Shown here piece by piece: positions 45,708 through 49,784 of a stretch of 49,784 nucleotides of DNA. A program made the translations under genes and the position numbers. This DNA is from Candidatus Fraserbacteria bacterium (lineage in GTDB: Bacteria; Bipolaricaulota; Bipolaricaulia; RBG-16-55-9): contig JBBIOR010000007.1 in NCBI GenBank assembly GCA_037443265.1, forward strand, positions 1 through 49,784, read 5' to 3'. Numbering within the stretch: position 1 is the first letter of the stretch; each line of letters opens with the position of its first letter. The notes beneath the pieces were generated by a model. That model was not told the DNA's origin. It saw nothing but the letters and a program-made list of their open reading frames with translations, and did no database searches.

Positions 45708-46457
45708 ATGCGCTGGGGCAGCAAGCGGCAGCGAACGGAGTCCATTACCCAACTGAATCGGATCCCAATCGTGGAGTGCGGTGAGCCGTTGGTGCACTTG
45801 GCTGAGGTCTGTCCAAAGCTCCTGCTGGCGCCGCGGCCCGGTCGGCCGGAGACGCGCTACGTCCGCGCCACCGTCGCCCGCCTGCTCAACCGGGCGCAGG
45901 AGCTCCTGCCGTCCGGACATCGCCTGCTCATCTTCGACGCCTATCGCAGCGCGGCCGGCCAGGAGCTCCTCTACGAGCGGATCCTCGCCCGGCTGCGCGC
46001 CGAGCACCCCAACTGGCCGCTGGCCGTGCTGCATCGGGAGGCCAACCGCTACGTCCATCCCCCCCATGCCAAGACCCCGCCCCCCCACAGTACCGGCGGG
46101 GCCGTCGATCTGACCGTGGTCGGACCGGACGGGCGGCCCTTGGGCATGATCGCCCCCTTCCGGGACCCGGAGAACGAAGCCGCCGTGGGCATGGGCCTGC
46201 TCAACGCTCGAGAGACCTCGCCCTACGCCCGCTTTCCAGATCTCGCCTACACCGACAGCCCGCGCATCAACGAGATCGCGCGGGAAAACCGTCGAATTCT
46301 CATCGACGCGATGACGGCGGCCGGCTTCACGAACTATCCGGGTGAGTGGTGGCATTGGTCGTACGGCGACTCCGGCTGGGCTCTCCGCACGGGGCGGAAG
46401 ACCGCCCTCTACGGCCGGGTGGACCTCGACCCGACGGCACTTGAGGAGAGCCAGTGA
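45708..46457 (+). CDS. M15-family D-Ala-D-Ala dipeptidase-like metallopeptidase, copy 2
   Basis: DAYRS, PPHSTGGAVD, EWWHWSYGD; ATG at 45708 after AAGGGGAG. Confidence 0.88.
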   Translation: MRWGSKRQRTESITQLNRIPIVECGEPLVHLAEVCPKLLLAPRPGRPETRYVRATVARLLNRAQELLPSGHRLLIFDAYRSAAGQELLYERILARLRAEHPNWPLAVLHREANRYVHPPHAKTPPPHSTGGAVDLTVVGPDGRPLGMIAPFRDPENEAAVGMGLLNARETSPYARFPDLAYTDSPRINEIARENRRILIDAMTAAGFTNYPGEWWHWSYGDSGWALRTGRKTALYGRVDLDPTALEESQ

Positions 46458-47899
46458 CGCCTTCAGCGGGAGTCCGACGCCGAGCCCTCGGAGTCGTCTG
46501 GATTGCCACCTTCCTGGGCGGCTTTGATGCCTATATCGTCAACCTCTCGTTGCCGCACATCGCGCGGGCGCTCCAGGCAGACATCGGCACGGTGGAGTGG
46601 GTGGTGCTCGCGTATCTGTTGGCGATCACGAGCTTCGTAGTGGCGTTCGGGCGGGCGGCCGACCTGTGGGGGGCCAAGCGGGTCTTCCTCAGTGGGCTGC
46701 TGATCTTCAGCCTGGGCTCTGCCCTGGCGGGCCTGGCTCCCGGTGTGGGGTGGCTGGTGGTCTTTCGGGGGCTCCAGGGGGCCGGGGCGGCGATGCTGCT
46801 GGCCACCGGCCAGGCGATCGTCGCCGACGTCTTTCCCGAAGGGGAGCGGGGCCGGGCACTGGCACTGGGCTGGATGCATGTTGCCGTCGCGACCGGTTTC
46901 ACTGCCGGTCCGATCGTAGGCGGCTGGCTGCTCGAGGGGGTGGGCTGGCGGGTGGTCTTCTTCGCTGCGGTGCCGGTCGGACTTTTCACTGCGGCCGTCG
47001 CGGTCCGCGTCCTGCCCCCGGCAAAGGGGGCCCATCCGCGCCCGCGTTTCGATCTGGCAGGGGCTACCGCACTGGCGCTCGGGAGTAGCGCGCTGCTGCT
47101 CGGCCTGACCTGGGGGCCCCAGGCGGGCTGGCTCGCGCCCCGCACGCTCGGAGCGCTCACCCTGGCGATGCTCTTGCTCACGGCTTTTCTGGCGATCGAG
47201 CGGCGGGCGGCGCAGCCCCTGATCACGCTCGGCCTGTTTCACAACTGGTCCTTTTCGGCAGGACTCCTCGCAGCCTTTCTGACTTTTGTGGCCATGGCTT
47301 CGAACATGTTCCTCGTGCCCTTCCTGCTCCAGGAGGGGCAACGCATGGCGGCGTCGCGGGCCGGGCTGGTGATGATCGCCGTGCCTCTGATGATCTTGTG
47401 GGTGGCGCCGCTGGGCGGTCGGCTGGCGGATCGCTACGGGCCGCGCAGGCTGGCCACCGCCGGGCTGGGGCTGGTCACCGTTGCGATCGGGCTCCTGGCG
47501 GACCTGGCGTCCAAGGGGGGCTCGCCGCTGTGGGCCGTGGCGGTGTTGGCCCTGTACGGCGCGGGAGCCGGGCTCTTCCAGGCCCCCAACAACAGCGCCG
47601 TGTTGGGGGCGGCACCCCCGGGCTGCCGGGGCGTGGCCTCGGGGATGTTGGTCACGGCGCGTCAGCTGGGCCAGATGCTGGGGGTGGCGGTGGCTGGGGC
47701 TCTGTGGGTCGGCCGGCAGGCGGCGTACGCGGCGGACGGGCTGCCCCCGGAAGAGGCGCTGGCCCTGGGATTGCGCGACGCCTTCTGGGGCTTGGCGCTG
47801 ATCGGCCTTTTGGCCGTGACGATCTCTTGGCTGCGGGGTCCTTCCCTCAGCTCCAAGATTCCTCGCGGTGACAGGGAGCGGCACCCGGAAGTAGGATGA
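46454..47899 (+). CDS. MFS efflux transporter, DHA2 (EmrB/QacA-like) family
   Basis: D.YIVNLSLP, GRAADLWG.K, RGLQGAG, GRLADRYG, FQAPNNSA. Confidence 0.92.
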   Translation: MTPSAGVRRRALGVVWIATFLGGFDAYIVNLSLPHIARALQADIGTVEWVVLAYLLAITSFVVAFGRAADLWGAKRVFLSGLLIFSLGSALAGLAPGVGWLVVFRGLQGAGAAMLLATGQAIVADVFPEGERGRALALGWMHVAVATGFTAGPIVGGWLLEGVGWRVVFFAAVPVGLFTAAVAVRVLPPAKGAHPRPRFDLAGATALALGSSALLLGLTWGPQAGWLAPRTLGALTLAMLLLTAFLAIERRAAQPLITLGLFHNWSFSAGLLAAFLTFVAMASNMFLVPFLLQEGQRMAASRAGLVMIAVPLMILWVAPLGGRLADRYGPRRLATAGLGLVTVAIGLLADLASKGGSPLWAVAVLALYGAGAGLFQAPNNSAVLGAAPPGCRGVASGMLVTARQLGQMLGVAVAGALWVGRQAAYAADGLPPEEALALGLRDAFWGLALIGLLAVTISWLRGPSLSSKIPRGDRERHPEVG

Positions 47900-47903
47900 A
47901 GCC

Positions 47904-49013
47904 ATGGTGAAAGAAGTGGCGCTCCTCTTCCTGAAGTTGGGCTGCATCGCCTTTGGGGGTCCGGCGGCCCACATTGCGCTGATGCGGGACGAGGTGGTCC
48001 GCCGGAGGCGCTGGGTGGACGACCAGGAGTTCCTGGACCTGGTAGGAGCCACACATTTGATTCCCGGCCCCAACTCCACGGAGCTGGCGATCTATCTGGG
48101 CCATCGCCGGGCGGGCCGGCTCGGCCTGATCGTCGCCGGGGTCTGCTTCATCGTCCTGGGGTTGGCCGTCGCCTACGTCCACTATGGAGCCGCTCCCCAA
48201 GCGGAGTGGCTCCTCTACGGCATCAAGCCGGTGATCCTCGCCATCATCCTGCATGCCCTCTGGGGTCTCGGCCGCCGGGCCCTCCGGGGCCCGGTACCGG
48301 CCCTGGTAGGTGGGGCCGTGATCGCCCTGTACCTCCTGGGTGTGAACGAGCTTCTGCTGCTCTTCCTCGGCGGGGTGGTCGGCCTGCTCTCCCGGCTGAG
48401 AAAGCACCTCTGGACGGCAGGGTTTCCGGCCTTAGGGCTCCCCTGGCTCGTCGGAAGCCTTTGGAGCTGGGCCGGCCCGGCGGACTTTAGCCTGCCGACC
48501 CTGTTCCTCAACTTCTTGAAGATCGGAGCGGTCCTCTACGGGAGCGGCTACGTGCTCCTGGCCTTCTTGAAGCGGGACTTCGTGGACCGGCTGGGGTGGC
48601 TCACCGACCGGCAGCTCCTAGATGCCATTGCCGTCGGGCAGCTCACCCCGGGGCCCGTCTTCACCACGGCTACCTTCGTGGGCTACGTGGTCGGGGGTCT
48701 TTCCGCGGCCCTAGTGGCCACCATCGGGATCTTCCTCCCCTCCTTCGTCTTCGTAGCTCTGCTGAGTCGGCTCCTGTCCTGGGCGCGCCGGTCCCCTTGG
48801 GTCCGGGATGTCCTGGATGGGGTCAACGCGGCCTCCCTGGGCCTGATGGCTGGCGTCACTTGGCAACTGGCGCGGGCGGCCTGGGTAGACGTCTTCACGG
48901 CGGTGCTGGTCTTAGGGGCCCTCGTCGTCGTGTTCGGCACCCGGCTCAACTCCGCCTGGATCGTGCTGGGCGGAGCCGGTGCGGGAGTGCTCTTCAAACT
49001 CCTCTCCAGCTAG
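47904..49013 (+). CDS. chrA: Chromate efflux transporter (CHR family)
   Basis: FLKLG..AFGGPAAHIA, IPGPNSTE, YGSGYVL, GQLTPGP. Confidence 0.92.
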   Translation: MVKEVALLFLKLGCIAFGGPAAHIALMRDEVVRRRRWVDDQEFLDLVGATHLIPGPNSTELAIYLGHRRAGRLGLIVAGVCFIVLGLAVAYVHYGAAPQAEWLLYGIKPVILAIILHALWGLGRRALRGPVPALVGGAVIALYLLGVNELLLLFLGGVVGLLSRLRKHLWTAGFPALGLPWLVGSLWSWAGPADFSLPTLFLNFLKIGAVLYGSGYVLLAFLKRDFVDRLGWLTDRQLLDAIAVGQLTPGPVFTTATFVGYVVGGLSAALVATIGIFLPSFVFVALLSRLLSWARRSPWVRDVLDGVNAASLGLMAGVTWQLARAAWVDVFTAVLVLGALVVVFGTRLNSAWIVLGGAGAGVLFKLLSS

Positions 49014-49073
49014 GATCGGAGACGGGGAAGCGAAGGAGCCTTGAGCGGATGGAGACAGACCCCAAGGCAGGTC

Positions 49074-49102
49074 TTGACAGGGTGGGAACTCCTAGCTATA
49101 AT
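49074..49102 (+). promoter_or_regulatory. Consensus sigma70 promoter of the metallothionein-arsR operon
   Basis: TTGACA-N17-TATAAT, an exact consensus match. Confidence 0.88.
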
Positions 49103-49110
49103 TTCAGTGC

Positions 49111-49126
49111 ATGAGCATCTACTTAT
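49111..49126. promoter_or_regulatory. Putative ArsR/SmtB operator 1
   Basis: ATGAGCATCTACTTAT imperfect palindrome between the -10 and the RBS; repeated at 49763. Confidence 0.65.
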
Positions 49127-49140
49127 GAAAGGAGGGCACC

Positions 49141-49302
49141 ATGTGTGACTGCTGCCGGCCTCAGAGTGTGGAACTGAAACCCCAGGACAAGGTGGATCAG
49201 GAATCCATCACCGTGGGGGTCCGAGAGGAGCCCAGGGCACAGACGGAAACCCCCTGTAAGAAGGGCTGCACCTGCGACTGTGACTGCGATTGCGGGAAGT
49301 GA
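49141..49302 (+). CDS. Metallothionein-like Cys-rich small protein, 53 aa
   Basis: MCDCCRPQSVELKPQDKVDQESITVGVREEPRAQTETPCKKGCTCDCDCDCGK; 9 Cys; AAAGGAGG SD; stop 3 nt before arsR. Not in the ORF track. Confidence 0.85.
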   Translation: MCDCCRPQSVELKPQDKVDQESITVGVREEPRAQTETPCKKGCTCDCDCDCGK

Positions 49303-49305
49303 ACG

Positions 49306-49722
49306 ATGGCCGAACGCGTCAAAGCGGACCTGAGGACGAAGGAAACAGCGGAGCGCTTCAAAGTACTCTCCGCAGGGGCCAGGCTAGCCATCCTCGAGCT
49401 CTTGAAGCACGGTCCCATGAAGGTGACCGAGATCGCCCAAGCTCTCAAGGCCAGCCAGCCCGCCGTCTCCCAGCATTTGAAAGTCTTGAAGGCCGCTGGA
49501 CTGGTGACAGATGAGAAAGAAGGCTACTGGGTCAGCTACGCACTCAACCACGCCCGGCTGCTCGAGTACAAGCGCGAGCTGGAGGGGGTCTGCTGCTGCG
49601 GCTGTGAGGGCTGCGCGCCTGCGGAGCGCTCTGTACTCAAAGCATACAAGAAGGAGCTGGAAAAGGAGCTCCGGCGGGTGGAGCGGCAGCTGGCCGAGCT
49701 GGAAGGCGAGTCAGAACAGTAA
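49306..49722 (+). CDS. ArsR/SmtB-family metalloregulator with a Cys-rich, coiled-coil tail
   Basis: FKVLS..ARLAIL, SQPAVSQHLKVLK.AGLV, G.WV.Y, then CCCGCEGC. Confidence 0.92.
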   Translation: MAERVKADLRTKETAERFKVLSAGARLAILELLKHGPMKVTEIAQALKASQPAVSQHLKVLKAAGLVTDEKEGYWVSYALNHARLLEYKRELEGVCCCGCEGCAPAERSVLKAYKKELEKELRRVERQLAELEGESEQ

Positions 49723-49762
49723 ACTCACATGGTGCAATAATTTTGCGCCTATATATAAGTCA

Positions 49763-49778
49763 ATGAGCATATGCTGAA
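49763..49778. promoter_or_regulatory. Putative ArsR/SmtB operator 2, upstream of a gene beyond the window
   Basis: ATGAGCATATGCTGAA followed by GAAAGG, the same layout as operator 1. Confidence 0.6.
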
Positions 49779-49784
49779 GAAAGG

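Noticed and set aside
44856..46457. Vancomycin-resistance cluster
   Set aside because: No D-Ala-D-Lac ligase, VanH dehydrogenase or VanRS; M15 peptidases alone are widespread.
46463..48079. 538-aa minus-strand ORF
   Set aside because: Antisense to the MFS and chrA genes in very GC-rich DNA, low complexity, no recognisable motif.

Overview
Mostly core chromosome from a GC-rich bacterium. The gene mix (long-insert NusG, Cys-paired beta-rich envelope protein, Firmicutes-like LexA box) suggests Bipolaricaulota/Acetothermia; this is my inference, not verified. Gene order: recA (partial)-lexA, divergent from a strongly expressed beta-barrel-like envelope protein; a reduced complex I operon (nuoABHJKLMN, no C/D/E/F/G/I); a CBS protein and CPA2 antiporter; the tRNA-tuf-rpmG-secE-nusG-rplKA-rplJL-rpoB cluster; an RHH protein; aroK; a degenerate trpBA pair; M24 peptidase; cobB; a broken hflK/hflC; guaA; two glycosyltransferases and an AlkP-family enzyme; ftsEX; prmC; PIN/TRAM; ispD; an AT-richer island; nth; an MDR oxidoreductase; mutS; two VanX-like peptidases; an MFS transporter; chrA; an unannotated metallothionein-like gene and an ArsR regulator. 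The best candidate for a new system is the 36.4-40.4 kb island. It holds two cassettes, each a Tat-lipoprotein with a shared leader, an unrelated middle domain and a symmetric six-Cys, halocin-C8-like C-terminal hairpin, followed by a membrane protein (possible immunity). The upstream promoter carries a (CCTTA)10 microsatellite. Other highlights: an in-frame L10-L7/L12 fusion, a non-canonical EF-Tu switch I, rpoB without rpoC, a TrpA lacking its catalytic residues beside an altered TrpB, and an nth gene with no standard start codon. Several frameshifts could be assembly errors and need read-level checks.
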